DNA of 58,848 bases, the filler included, from Platydemus manokwari (lineage: Eukaryota): the NCBI GenBank assembly GCA_037951405.1. It is 5 parts of 5 records of this genome, joined end to end, with 100 filler letters (N's around TTAATTAATTAA, not from the genome) between each part and the next. Parts side by side here need not be neighbours in the genome. Positions count along the whole stretch, not along the records: positions 10,472 to 21,300 come from JBBMOY011102776.1; positions 21,401 to 37,709 come from JBBMOY011174766.1; 3 more parts are not named here. One strand, written 5' to 3'. Of the stretch, positions 11,293 to 24,265 are shown in pieces. Position numbers and translations under genes: made by a program. Position 1 is the first letter of the stretch; each line of letters begins with the position of its first letter. Below the pieces are notes generated by a model, which worked only from the letters and a program-made list of their open reading frames with translations, was not told the DNA's origin and did no database searches.

Positions 11293-14200
11293 CTTTCTGA
11301 TCAAGAAAAAGCATTTATGGAAGATGAAGATGACGATCATAAAGATGTAGATTATCCTCTCAGCAATCCTACTAGTTCGAGTTACAGCGAACAGAATCAT
11401 ATTAAATTAAATGGATCACATGTTCCGCCTGCTAATAATAAATCGATAAATAACATTCAGCACAACTGGTGTACATTCGAAGATAAAAAAGAAATATCTA
11501 ATGAATGTCATCTTACTAATGATCAGTTAACTGGTAAATTTCCTTAAATAATGAATTGATTTCTCATTACGATGGAAAATATAGGTTATTTTCTCGATGA
11601 ATTGTCACGTGACATTAATTTGACGCGTGATTTGGTTGATCCAAGTGATCCGATTCTTTACGAAGAGGAAGAGATTGATGGACCAGAATTAGCAAGACTT
11701 ATTCGACGCATGAGACCCAGAGATTTATTTTTAACCAGCGGAAACGGTGATATATTAACGTCCGCCCATTCCACTATTTTGATAGGTAATCCTAGCAGCT
11801 TACTAGACAAAGATTCCAATATCGCCAATCTTTACACCAAAATTCATCAGAATCTTATGAGGGGTAAAATTATTTATATATAAAAACAAAAATCATTTAC
11901 GATAGATGTGATTTAAATAATTTTCTATGCGGTTTATTGAATCTATTAAATCTCTTCATTATAATTTAATTTATCTTATATTCATCTGTTATCCGAATAA
12001 GTTGGATTGAATTATATGACTTGATTATCAATTGAACTTATAAAGGAAGATTGTGGAGAGGAATTAAGCATTATGATTATCAGTTTTATTGGTGGAATTT
12101 GTATGTGTTGAATATCAAAAATGAGAATGATCCCATTTCAAATAATCAAGGATAAAATATTGGATCTTAATTTCTCTTCATATTTGATTCAATAAAATTT
12201 TATCTTTTAATCAAGCATTTTAAATGAGATTTTATGGTGTACGCACATACAATCGTATTTCATGACTTCCTTCAACAGAATTACTTAAATTTGAATACAA
12301 GTATCGATTTCTATTGTTTTCATATTGTCGATCTCTCAATAAATGGTTGAGGAGAAAGAATTAGTTCACAGAAGTCCAAAAGGATGTACGAGCTAGATTT
12401 TTGAAGCTATTGGAAATTATCAAGTTATAATCACAAAATTAATTATGATCAGATTTCATCGTGAGTAAAAGCTTCTCCTTTCACGATTTTCTCATAACAT
12501 TTTGATATGCGTAAAATCAGTAAAAATAATTGGAAAATCAAAATATTTGTTGAAACAATAATTTCAAACTCACAGCATATTTTTATGGCTCAAAGGTGGC
12601 GAATTTGAGTGAAGTGGTTGTGAGTCCAAATCGATTATGAGAATTATGGGAATTTTTAGATTACGAACAATGACTTATATGAATAGAAATGGCAGCACAA
12701 TTTTTCTAATAGTGAAGGATATATATGGTGACTGCCGATAAGTTCTGTTAATGAATTCTTATAATTTGTGATTTGTTGCTAAGATTACATCTTAAATATT
12801 TGGTTAGGCCCTTTTTAATAATATCCCAATGAAATATTTTTCTAAAACCGATATTTGGATAACGTTGATTATACCATTATTGATTGGCAATTCATAATTT
12901 ATTGATTTTTAATGGCTGTTCTAAATAATAGATGTGGATCGTTATCGATTGGGAAGCATCGTTGATAATGATGTTATTTATCCCTTTCATAATTGGTCTC
13001 ATTATGATTTGTCTCCAAACAAAAGTTGGCTGTACTTGAAAATTAAAGATCATAAATGGAAGTTTTGGTTTCTGATATCGCTAATCATCCTAGCAAATAC
13101 AATAATACAAATTCATGTTATTAGTGTCAAGGGATTAAAATTTCATACGAAAAATTATCATTTTTCTTTGATTAAATATCGCTTCCTACCATTGCAGAGT
13201 CAAAACAATTCAATATTGCTTGTAGGAAATTGGAATTTTTTTATTTAAAAGTTTTTTTTTTAATTTTTTATTATTTTTATTACCAGTTGATGATATAAAG
13301 ATTTGACTGATATGCATAAAGTAAATATAAATAGAATGTCTGATGAAATATGATAATATATTTAATATCATTTCAACTCCAGGTATAAGAGATGTACATA
13401 GCGTTACAAATAGTGAGCGAGATCATTCATCAATTGATCTTGATTGGGATCATGAGCCAGGTATGAATATTTTCATTGTGTATATGAACAATACCTATAT
13501 GATCAAATTGATAATTAAATATTGTTTCACCTGTTGCGATTTAGTAGTTCTATTTCTCTTTTGTTGATAAGATATGACAGCTCTTATTTCTGTCAAAATT
13601 AACTGAAATTTTCCAATGATTTGATGAATAAAATCATTGAATAACCACGCAGTAAAATCCCAATAGGGATAATTTAATTATAGAAAAATAAAATGCAATT
13701 TGTGGTTTTATTGACAACACAATTTATCTTCACGAACACATTGATATTTACCGTTTCTTAGTTATACTGCTGTTATTGGTTTTCTGAATATTTCTTTCTG
13801 GCATCATGTAATTATTTTTGTTGGTACACTATTTCTGATATTGAATGTAAATATCGGTTTTATTATCAGGGATTATTTAGATATATTGATTTTCTCTAAA
13901 CAATTGTTGAATATTGTAATCCATTTTTAGAGTTGTAGAAATCAATATTTTGTATTATTTATCGATAAGTTTTAATTTTTAAGTTTTGATGAATGATTAT
14001 ATATTAGATTTTGGATTGTGAAACAATATCGGTTATAAATACCCCTCAACTTATCCCATGTTCCATCAGTTCAAAGAAAATTTATTGATCGCTTGAAATA
14101 TATTGTATTATTATGTCTATAAATTCTTATATTTTAAAATCTTTCCTTAACAACTCCTCTGGAAGGATATGCAACTCTAATATTTATCAGGTATTCTTGC

Positions 14201-14847
14201 ATTGAAGTATGTGATTTCAGCATTACAATCGATCGTTATTCTTCAGAATTTTTTGTTCGAAAATTTGCAGTGATTTAAGCATACTTTTCATTTCATTGAT
14301 AGTTTCCATGATATCTATTTTTAGATTACTAGATTTATATTCATTGATCGAAATGTTTGTGTAACGTGTTGATTTAAACAAAAATTGAATTTATAAAATA
14401 TCCAATAATCGATTAACTTGTTTTAATTAACTCATTTCCACAGGAATGAATCCATCATTAGCTCTCGTTCATAAACGAACAGACACCGAAGAAGATTTGA
14501 TGAAACGTTTGAATTCTGAAGATATCAAAGATAGCAACAAAACATTATCATTGGTGAAAAAGCTAACAGAACCAATTAAATCTACTATTCAATCAACTAA
14601 AGTCGACGTGAATCAGTTAAAGACAGAAAAGAAACAATTGAAAATAGCGAGCATCAATTGCGAAAATTATCACCCTTCAATAATTTCTCCAATGGATTGT
14701 ACTGACGAATTAGTTTGGGATATGGAAGAAGATATTTATACTGGCGGCGGCAATTCTCATCAGTTCTCGAATCTCGACACATCTCATCCAGTTTATTTGT
14801 CTAATTTTTGCTCATCAAATGATAAATGCCATCTGCTTTCTGATTGA
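11293..14847 (+). CDS. AP1AR: AP-1 complex-associated regulatory protein (Gadkin)-like, 5'-incomplete; exons 11293-11533, 11585-11863, 13383-13460, 14444-14847 (possible extra upstream exon 11042-11099)
   Basis: All junctions are GT..AG and phase-compatible (internal introns phase 1). The spliced product reads SSIDLDWDHEPGMNPSLALVHKRTDTEEDLMKR ... TDELVWDMEED. This matches human AP1AR as I recall it: STSLDLEWEDEEGMNRMLPMRERSKTEEDILRA ... SNGLEWENDF. Confidence 0.72.
12030..13100 (+). pseudogene. Possible decayed BTB-BACK-Kelch copy inside an AP1AR-like intron
   Basis: Stop-interrupted fragments lie in domain order: IELIKEDCGEELSIMIISFIGG (BTB-like), IFEAI...IRF at 12397-12456 (BACK-like), RYRLGSIVDNDVIYPFHNWSHYDLSPNKSW at ~12940-13030 (Kelch-like). 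Motif resemblance only. Confidence 0.3.
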
Positions 14848-16170
14848 TGTAACTTTCATTTTTAAAATTAAATCGAAAATTGGATACAAATCAATTTTAT
14901 TTTATCATGGTTTGATTTGATATTCATAGAGAACGTTCTTATGTGTATGTGTGTGCGAGTATGTAAATTATTTGAGATTATTTCGATCATAGAATCATCT
15001 CTATTTCTGCAATTGACTGATATATATTTTTTGGAGACTGTAAAGATATTTGTTTCTTTCCTGTACTTATATATGTATATCGATTATGGATATCATGTGT
15101 AAAACCATATGATCCGTTCATTTTTTTTCCATTTTTTTTGTAAATCAACATTACATGATCTCAACTATTGTTTTAGTGTATTTTAAAAAAATGTTTTTAT
15201 CGCTTATCTTTTCTATTTGTAATTAGTAGAAAATTAGATATTCTTTTATCGAATATTTTTGTTTTAATGAATGATTTCGTTTAAATTTATGTGCAAGATG
15301 AAACTTTATCGTTTAATGGAAGCGATTCAGATAATAGCGATTCAGATTACATATCTAGAATTATATGTTATTTCCTCACTACTAGTTAGATTTTTGAAAT
15401 CATATGTTCAAAATTAATGTCAACAGGTGAGATTCTGATCCAGCACACATCATTTCAGACATGATATTTTAGGGTAAATCAATTTCAAATTTTGATACTC
15501 GCAATATAACCTGAATTGGAAGTAGAAAAACTAAAAATTACTTTCAACAGAAAAATATCAACTGTGATGTGTGATTATTATCGATAAGATCTGGATTTGA
15601 CATTACTCACTCATTGACATTAATCATGAACTTATGTGCCAGCTCAAGATTCTGATTGGCAGTAAGGAAAGAGAATGTACTGTTAAGGATGAAATTCGAA
15701 ACACGATGATAGAATATTGTTGGGAATTTTACTTGACGAAACATTGTTATAATATTATTGATCTAAATCTAATAACCAATAAATGGATAGTGTTTTGAGT
15801 TGAGAAAATTCTTGAAAAATGGAAAAAATTTATTTCATTTTAAATTATTTCTCAGAAATTTTCAAGTGCATTGCGGTGTTTGTTTGTGATTTATTTTTCA
15901 AACTCACCAACTATCTGAATTTGGAGTCGCGATACTTTCTCTTAGCTGGGGTTACAGGAAAATATTTCTCACCGTTGCAGAATTTCTAACTGATTTTTTC
16001 GTGCAAAATAGGGAAGAAAGTCGTTAAAAATGTGTGGGCAAATCAGTCATGTCAGTTTTGTTCAATTCAGTCCGATATATTAAATTGAATTACAAAATTT
16101 TCTAGAAAATATATATCCATGATAACATGTCTGTTATTTGATTTTATTTGTTGGATCTTAACAAAAAATA

Positions 16171-17622
16171 ATGGGAATTAGATTTTTTAAATGTGCGCTG
16201 GAAATCTTATTATTGATCATTGTGTTAGAATCGGTGGTGATGTGCGACAAATCATCGAAACGATTGTCAACTCAAGAACTTATCCGGCAAAAACTTCTGG
16301 ACAAGAGAGTCTACAAAAAACAAGAAAGACCCGACGAAACCAATACAACAATGGTAATGGTGTATATCAAGATTCTTGCTATAGATTCCGTTGATGTTCG
16401 ACAAATGCAATACAGTACCGATGTTTATCTTCGTCAAGCATGGTTTGATACTCGATTAAGATGGGAACACATTGAAGAATTCAAGCACTATACCACCAGT
16501 ATCGATTCTCCGAATTTGAAAGACATAATTTGGCTTCCAGATCTATTTTTCAGAAATGGCAAAAAGGGTTATATTCACAATATGACTACACCGAACTTTC
16601 TGATGAGACTTAAACCGGATGGTGAAGTACTTTACAGTCAAAAGGTTACTATGGTTTTTTCATGTCAAATGGAGCTACAGGCATTTCCAATGGATACACA
16701 ATATTGTGAAATCAACATTGGTAGTTATGGATATACGTTAGAAGAATTAAAGTTTTATTGGCGTCCATATGATATAATTACCATACAGAAAAATCTAAAG
16801 ATTCCCGAATTCGATACACCCGATGTTTTCCGAACTATTGACTGTACACGGGATTCTGCCACATCGACCGGAAACTATACCTGTCTTAAAGCTATAATAG
16901 AGTTGAAAAGACAACTTGGTTCGTATTTAGCTAGTACTTACATACCAAGCGTTCTAATAATAATGGTATCCTGGATGAATTTCTGGGTTAGTATTGATGC
17001 TGTTCCAGCCAGAATAACTCTGGGACTACTTTCTCTTCTTGGAATAGTAAATATGGCAATTTCGATGTCTGATACACTACCGAGAGTTAGTTATATCAAA
17101 GCCATTGATGTATGGTTGATAGCATGCATTATATTTGTTATTGCTGCTTTAGTAGAATTTGCAATAGCAACTTCAGTATTAAAAAGAAATACATCTAAGA
17201 GTTGGCAAAGCGACGTGTGCAGTTTAATTCGAGAAGAGATTAATCTAATGCACACCAGTTTCACCATGATAAAAACAATAAATTCTAATTCAAAGGAAAA
17301 AAAGCCGAACAATAACAGAGTTGGAATCATGGGTACAACAGCAACACCGAAAACCGTTCCGAATTTACCACCAGGAATCGACATGCTGTTTAGCAATAAT
17401 CCAAGTCAAAATGAAGCCTTACTCAAAGAATTAGATGAACGGAATAAAATGTCCAAATTTGCAGTAAGAAAAACCAGCAACGCAAAATCTAAATCATCTG
17501 TGGATTCGTCAATAGATAATTACAGCAGATTTTTATTTCCAGCTTGTTTTTTGCTTTATAATTGCTTCTATTGGCTATATTATATTGTATTAATAAAATA
17601 TCATCCTCATCCTGGTGGATAA
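16171..17622 (+). CDS. Cys-loop ligand-gated anion channel subunit (glutamate-gated chloride channel / glycine-receptor-like), intronless, 483 aa
   Basis: Signal peptide; loop D YLRQAW; loop A WLPDLFF; Cys-loop CQMELQAFPMDTQYC; second loop-C disulfide CTRDSATSTGNYTC; M1-M3 with the PAR anion-selectivity motif and LPRVSYIKAIDVW; M4 IDNYSRFLFP...YW. Confidence 0.95.
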   Translation: MGIRFFKCALEILLLIIVLESVVMCDKSSKRLSTQELIRQKLLDKRVYKKQERPDETNTTMVMVYIKILAIDSVDVRQMQYSTDVYLRQAWFDTRLRWEHIEEFKHYTTSIDSPNLKDIIWLPDLFFRNGKKGYIHNMTTPNFLMRLKPDGEVLYSQKVTMVFSCQMELQAFPMDTQYCEINIGSYGYTLEELKFYWRPYDIITIQKNLKIPEFDTPDVFRTIDCTRDSATSTGNYTCLKAIIELKRQLGSYLASTYIPSVLIIMVSWMNFWVSIDAVPARITLGLLSLLGIVNMAISMSDTLPRVSYIKAIDVWLIACIIFVIAALVEFAIATSVLKRNTSKSWQSDVCSLIREEINLMHTSFTMIKTINSNSKEKKPNNNRVGIMGTTATPKTVPNLPPGIDMLFSNNPSQNEALLKELDERNKMSKFAVRKTSNAKSKSSVDSSIDNYSRFLFPACFLLYNCFYWLYYIVLIKYHPHPGG

Positions 17623-19361
17623 TGGAGTGACATTGATCGCAAGTACGTCTTTAACGCCTATTCAAATTTGATAAAGATAATTTTATCTTCTAACATTGTT
17701 ATTATTCTAGTTGTAAATAAATATCGATTGCTTCGATTTATTTAATGTATATGGATATTGATTATTACAAAACATGTAAAAAATATTAAAATAAGTTAAT
17801 AATAATAGTAATAATAATTTTAGAAATAAATAAATCTATACGTATGATAATGAAATAAACTTAAGTATTTTTGTCAGAAAATTCCATTAAAAATTTATCT
17901 GAATATAATGAAATGGTGTTTATCGGAGAAAACTTTTGACACAAAAAATATTTGATTTTTGGACATCAAAATAGTGAATTAGAATTTCATATGGAATATT
18001 TAGGATGTCAATTTTTTATAGTAATTGTCTAAACTAATTAGCTATTTGAAGTGCAATACCTATTAAAGAAAGCGCTCTGGTTGATGAAAATTGGGATATT
18101 TGAAATGACTTTTTAACCATGTGGTTATTTTTTGATATTGCAGAGTGTGTCAGAGATTGCTCAAAAATCATGATCAAAAACCGTGAAATGAAGTCTAAAA
18201 GGAATAGACTCTCAAGAGCAATTGGTAATCTTTCATAATCGGTAAAATTGTCGTATCATTTTCATCTTTCGTATGCTGAACCCATTTCGTAAGTACACCT
18301 TGATTTTTGGCTCATATTTATTTTGTAGTTGTGTTATTGGTTAAATAGCACTTTTTTACATTGAGAATCTGATCACGAAATTAATACCCAATAGTTTGTG
18401 TGTGTTGCTTGTGTTCAACTTTCATTCGTTGTTTTCATTTCAATTGAAGGTATTGATTTATAATAATTGAGATTGGTCAACCGCTGAATGTGCATCATTA
18501 TGTAGTCAGTTATTTTGCTTATTTTAAATCTTCGTTCTATGTCACCTCAAACTGGGCGGCTTTCGTATCTGTCTGACTGTGTAGGTAATTATGTATGCAG
18601 AATGCCACAACAGTGGTTCCAAGATGCCGATGATGTTATTTTGTCTGAGATTAGTCTGTACCGAACAATTTCAAAGATTATGATTGGATTTCTATTTGAC
18701 AATTTTTTTTCAAACTTTAACAAAGCAAAATTTTCTGTTAAAGATTAAAAACATTTAAGTTTCCTGGTTAAAGACCTAAAGGACGGATTAAGATTTGAAT
18801 TACTGGTAAAATTATAAAATAAAAAACTGTTAATCTTATTTCTAATAATATTCAATAACTGTAATAGTTTTATTGCTATCGCGAATTCAACAATCTCAAG
18901 CTAATATATTTATTGGAGTAGTCAGTAGAGATTGTAACGAAAAATTGTAATGAAATAACATTCAACTAATTTATCTTTATTAAATAATAATGGAATCGTT
19001 GATGTTTATCAATTTTTTATTTATATCCATAGTTATTGTTATATTACATTGATATAATAATTTGATTCGTAGTTAAAATTTAAATATCTATTATTAATAT
19101 CTTTTTTGATTATAAAACTTGATTTGAAGCAGTAATCATATAATTTGATTTAATTTGATGAAATTACCAAACCTTAATTTATTAAGTAAATAATAAACAG
19201 ATAACACTCATATTTGACAAGAAATAAAAACTATAAAATGCCCTATTATTTATACACACCTAATTAAAACTTTATGGAAATAAAATTTCTAGGGTAAAAT
19301 ATTATAAATTATATTTTGAATATATATCCAATTATATTATAATAAGAATGAGATAGTGAAT

Positions 19362-19500
19362 CAAGCTGAATGTTTTAACCGAAGAAAATATCCCCTTGAA
19401 TTATCGGTTGATGATCGATGATAATCCTTTTTACAAACTACTTGGTAAAGATTTGTAGGCCCATTCAGGATTGTAGAGAAAATAAATAATGAGCTCGATA
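19362..19500 (+). mobile_element. Degenerate Ty3/Gypsy integrase C-terminal (GPY/F) fragment
   Basis: The plus frame reads FNRRKYPLELSVDDR**...RFVGPFRIVEKINN, the xGDxV...GPF pattern of the GPY/F module, with in-frame stops. Confidence 0.55.
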
Positions 19501-21300
19501 ATAAGAAACTCGATAAAATTATACAAAGAACCATCAGGTAAAGAAAATCGAAAATCGAGATAACATCGCAAACAATGATGCAGGGGGGACAATGATACGA
19601 GTATTGACAGCAACTACCATGTTTCATCAAGACAAATGATATACAAACATGGAGATACATATATCTTTGTTTAAATAACCGATTTTGTGTGGAATAAATA
19701 AAATCTTAATATTTTTACAACCTTATAATGCTATTTAATTTATTTTTTATTTTATTCATACACTTGTTTCTCTCCAAAATTTTCTTTCCGTTATAATTTT
19801 TTCTTCTCTGCAACTGCATCCATTTGATTCGTTTTATTGATTCCATTTACATTGAATTTTACAGAGTATAACTTGCATCAATTATTTATAAACTAAATCA
19901 TTTTCTCTTTAAATTCAGACAAAGATTTCGAAATTTCCTTCCACTATTGAAGATTAATTCTCTTAATTTCTGTGGAAAACCAGTTTTCTAATTCGACATG
20001 ATCACCAATTTAATCAAATTTTGAGAAATATATTTGAGAAAAATATTAAATACGTGACCACGAAACTTGTGATTTAAGAATACATCTAAATTTAATTTTT
20101 TGTTATTAATGAATCTATTTATAACGAAATTTATTCCTAAATATAGTCTATACTTCTAACTTCTCGACGTAGAAATGAGATTAAATATACTTGATAAGAG
20201 TTATATATTATTTTCGTTGATAGATTATTTAATGTTCGACTTTACCATCTCGATTAGAACGTAGATGTCAGAGTATAGTTTAGTGATACACCGAGATAGA
20301 AATGATAAAAGGAAAAAGAAAAATCGTCTTTCAAAATAGAAATGTACATAATATTGATTTGTTTTTATAAATAGAATTAAAATAAAAATGAGAAAATATC
20401 TTAAAAGTTAATTTAAAAACATTCACTAATAATCAATGTTAGTAGTAATTACCTCATCTAAATTTTAGAATTTATTATAATTAGTCATCGAGAAGTTTTT
20501 CGAAATATTTATTATTAAAAACCTTTTTTAAATACAAATTAAAATATTTACAAGAGAGATTAAATTATTGGTAATCTTTATCAGAGATATAAATATTGAA
20601 ATATTTATAAATAAAAGTGTTTAAATTATTCATAAATAATTTCATATTAAATTTTCAAATGATTCATTACAATTTCCATTTGTAAAACATTCAAACTTTA
20701 AACATGTTTTAACATTATTCATTTTTAATATCATCTAAATTGTCACTTTTAAATTTTTAATATTCCTCGCAATTTTTTAAAATTTTTTAAAAATTTTATT
20801 TCAGAAAAATAATTTATTTGAAAATTTTGATTAAATCTATTTCGGTGGATTGAATTTCTCTAAATTCGTTTTCAAATTCGCATTTATTGAAATACTAGCA
20901 TTTAAGATGGTGACCACATTCCACAATTCGATAATGAGAATATCAATAAGTTAATAATATTGGGGAATATAGACAAGAAATAAGACAAATAGAAGATATA
21001 CCTGTAAAATATAAACAAAGAAAGAGAATTTGATATAAAAATATCGAGAATAACAAGATATATGAAGAAAATTATAAATTATAAAGAAATAGCGATTAAA
21101 AATATTTGTAAATAATTTTTTTAAATATTTTGGTTTCTGTTTTTATTTTTGTTCTTCCTGTTATTATTTTCTATTTTTATATTTATGTAATGCTATTTTT
21201 TAATTTTTAATTTATCTTTTATTATTTTTATTGGGTCTATAACTTAATAACCGGAATTTGACACCAGATGTAAACACTTGTGTGTGTGCTGTAGCAAATC

Positions 21301-21400
21301 NNNNNNNNNNNNNNNNNNNNNNNNNNNNNNNNNNNNNNNNNNNNTTAATTAATTAANNNNNNNNNNNNNNNNNNNNNNNNNNNNNNNNNNNNNNNNNNNN
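21301..21400. other. Artificial contig linker
   Basis: N44-TTAATTAATTAA-N44. Confidence 0.97.
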
Positions 21401-22917
21401 ACAATTTAAGTTCAATAACAATAACTTCATACAAAGTTTTTAAAACTTCATTGAAATAAATGGAACAAAATGAATGACAAAATAATATGGAATATTTTTC
21501 ATTGATCATATCTCTATCGATTCATGATATGAAGATAAATTGAAATAAATGTCACCCATCAAAATTTCCAATTCCTGCATTGTTGAAATCAGATAAATAA
21601 TAATTATTGCATCATAGATGGCTCATCCCAATGAAAACAATCACATGAAACATGGTTGTATTGTTTGTAATGCCATATATAAATGCCATCGATGAACAAC
21701 TCTCTCCATCATTCTTTCTCTCTCTTTTTCTATTTTATTCATGTAAGCTCCAATAATTATCGAAATTCATTCCGAACGTATATGTGTTGTTATCTTGATG
21801 ATAATTGTGTCGTCAACCATTATATAAATGAATCAATAAACTGAATTTCATTTATTATCGTTCCATCAACACATTTATTGATTCTATCAATTTTTTTGTA
21901 TTCATAATTTAACTCCTTCAGTGGCTTGTCACAGTGGAATGAATGTATATCATTGTTTTATCTCAATCATTGACAATAATCGCACAGGAACATTAAATTC
22001 TTTAATTTAATTTCTTTTTTAGTTTAAATTGTAGTATCAAAATAAATTTCTTAAAATTTTTGTTTAAATATTAGATACTGTTATAATATAGATTAAAAGA
22101 TAAGCGAATGATTATGCTGGTGATGGAATAATGATTTCATTGTAGCTCTAAGTAGTATTTTGTAATATTAGAAAATTATATTATGATTATTAATATATTT
22201 TCGGTTTTCTTTTATGGAAAATCCCTGACTGCGTCAGCAGCCTATAGTGGAAATCCCCCATAGTATAATATTATATGACATCGACAGTGATAGATGGATT
22301 TAAGATTTCTTGGTAATCTTATTGGTAACTGTTGGAACTGTTATTGGTACAATAACCATTATAAGTAATAATTGACATGTTTGGTTTATATTATTTTATG
22401 TTTTTCTAATTCTTTTACCTGATAATAATAATCTAAATAAAAATATGTCGATTCTCTTTCTGGTTTGTCATCAGTAAAATTCAGTACGATCATTACAATG
22501 TGTTGAACAATAATATATCACAATATAATCCTATCAAAATGTGTAAATATGGTCGAGACATTCTAGCCACGATTATTTCTGCTTCAATAAATATTTCTTT
22601 CAAAACGAAATATATTTAAATGCTTATGATTGGAAAATTCTCGTATTTGTTGATGATTTTCATTATCACACACATTTCATCCGAAATTGTTCATGTAATC
22701 CTTTACCTAGGGGCTCAGTTTAATTCCTTTAATTGATTGGGATTTGTTTATCTTCTCTGCCAAACCAAAATAATTAATTAAAGAACCGAAAATTTTAAAA
22801 TTTTCATATTTTTGCATCCAGATCTCGATTGTTCGCTAATTACTCGTGTTCCGCATATGTATATTTTACAATAATTATTCTCAATAATTTAATTATTATT
22901 ACATTTTATTAAATTAG

Positions 22918-23219
22918 GAGCGAAAAATTTATCTCACATTCCCAACACTGACGTAATAGTTGCATCGGTTCATGAGAATCCTGGCCATAAAATAGCAACA
23001 ATCGTAGCCCAAGATGCAGACAAAGACAATAATGCCAAGGTGACGTTTATGTTGGAAGATATAACCGAAGATAGTAGTCATCTTGCTCCTTTGTTCGCCA
23101 TTGATGAGGATGATGGGTCAATTAAAATAAGTAGAGTTATGACTCGTGATTTAATTGGAGAATATAGAATTAAAATAATAGCCCATGATAAAGGAAAATC
23201 ACCTCTCAGATCAGAAAAA
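22918..23219 (+). CDS. Single internal exon encoding a cadherin (protocadherin-like) EC repeat
   Basis: TTAG acceptor ending at 22917 and GTAAGA donor at 23220. Translation includes SVHEN, AQDADKDNNAKVTF, FAIDEDDGSI and YRIKIIAHDKGKSPLRSE, which are the cadherin Ca-binding motifs. Confidence 0.9.
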
Positions 23220-23658
23220 GTAAGAATTATATCAGATTTCCATTAAAAATTCTTGTCTCGATACTTGGTCAAATACCTTGTACTAATGTCATGAAAATGA
23301 GAATTTCATTGGTTTCTAAAATTCATTAATCTTCTTACGGCATCTTTCACACTATTACATCAATTACTAAGATAAATCAAAAACTCTCACAGAATTGTTT
23401 AGTTTGCTTTTGTAAACCACTACTATTTTATACGGTTTGCTTTGAAAACTAATTGCACAGACACAACACCAAGTTATCTATTTAAAAACACTTATTTAAA
23501 CACAATAATATCTTTAGATGATAATTTGTAAAACATTATGAAATATGAATATTTATATACTCACAATTATCACACCATCTTGCATACAGCGCATGAAGAT
23601 ACAACAAATTTTGTATTGCAGTAATTTACTGAAAAATACTCTACAGTAAACGGTTTGC

Positions 23659-24265
23659 GGCTAAAGTTAAAAAATAGGGTCCTAAAATAAAAGTTTAAAA
23701 GTGTTGAGAGTATTTCAAAATTCTATATAGTTTATTTAATTATATTCTTTAAAAACATTTTGAATTTTTTATTGAAGTTCTTAAGAAGAATTTAGTTGTT
23801 TGAAATCAAATATTAAATACAATAGAGCTTAAAAATCTCTTAAAATTTGATTATTTGATAAACGAATCAAAATAGGTCGAATTGTAATTTATTGAAAATT
23901 AGTGAGGGCCTCTTTCTAACATTAGAAGCAAATTGAGAGATACTCCTAATTTTACAATTATTTTATAAAAATAAGCATTGGCATTATTAAACATATCTGT
24001 AATTAACTGACTCGATTTATAATTATAAAAATTTAAAATTTAAAACTCAAACAATCGTATAGAAATGTTGTGATTAAAATTGGAAATTGGTTTTAAAACT
24101 ATGTTTTGTCACTATTATACATCTTAAAAATTGAGATATTAACTGAATTATACGAATAAATTAAACATAGCAGTTATATATAAAATTAAGTTATGAAATT
24201 ATCTCATGGGCGGAAATTCTTTATAGCGAAAGTAGGTCAAAGGACCCTTTTTCTTAACTTAAGCC
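23659..24265 (+). mobile_element. MITE / non-autonomous DNA transposon, copy A (~25-bp imperfect TIRs)
   Basis: Ends are GGCTAAAGTTAAAAAATAGGGTCCT and AGGACCCTTTTTCTTAACTTAAGCC. The interior aligns with the reverse complement of 28602-29055, with an extra ~110 bp at ~23880-23990. Confidence 0.8.
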
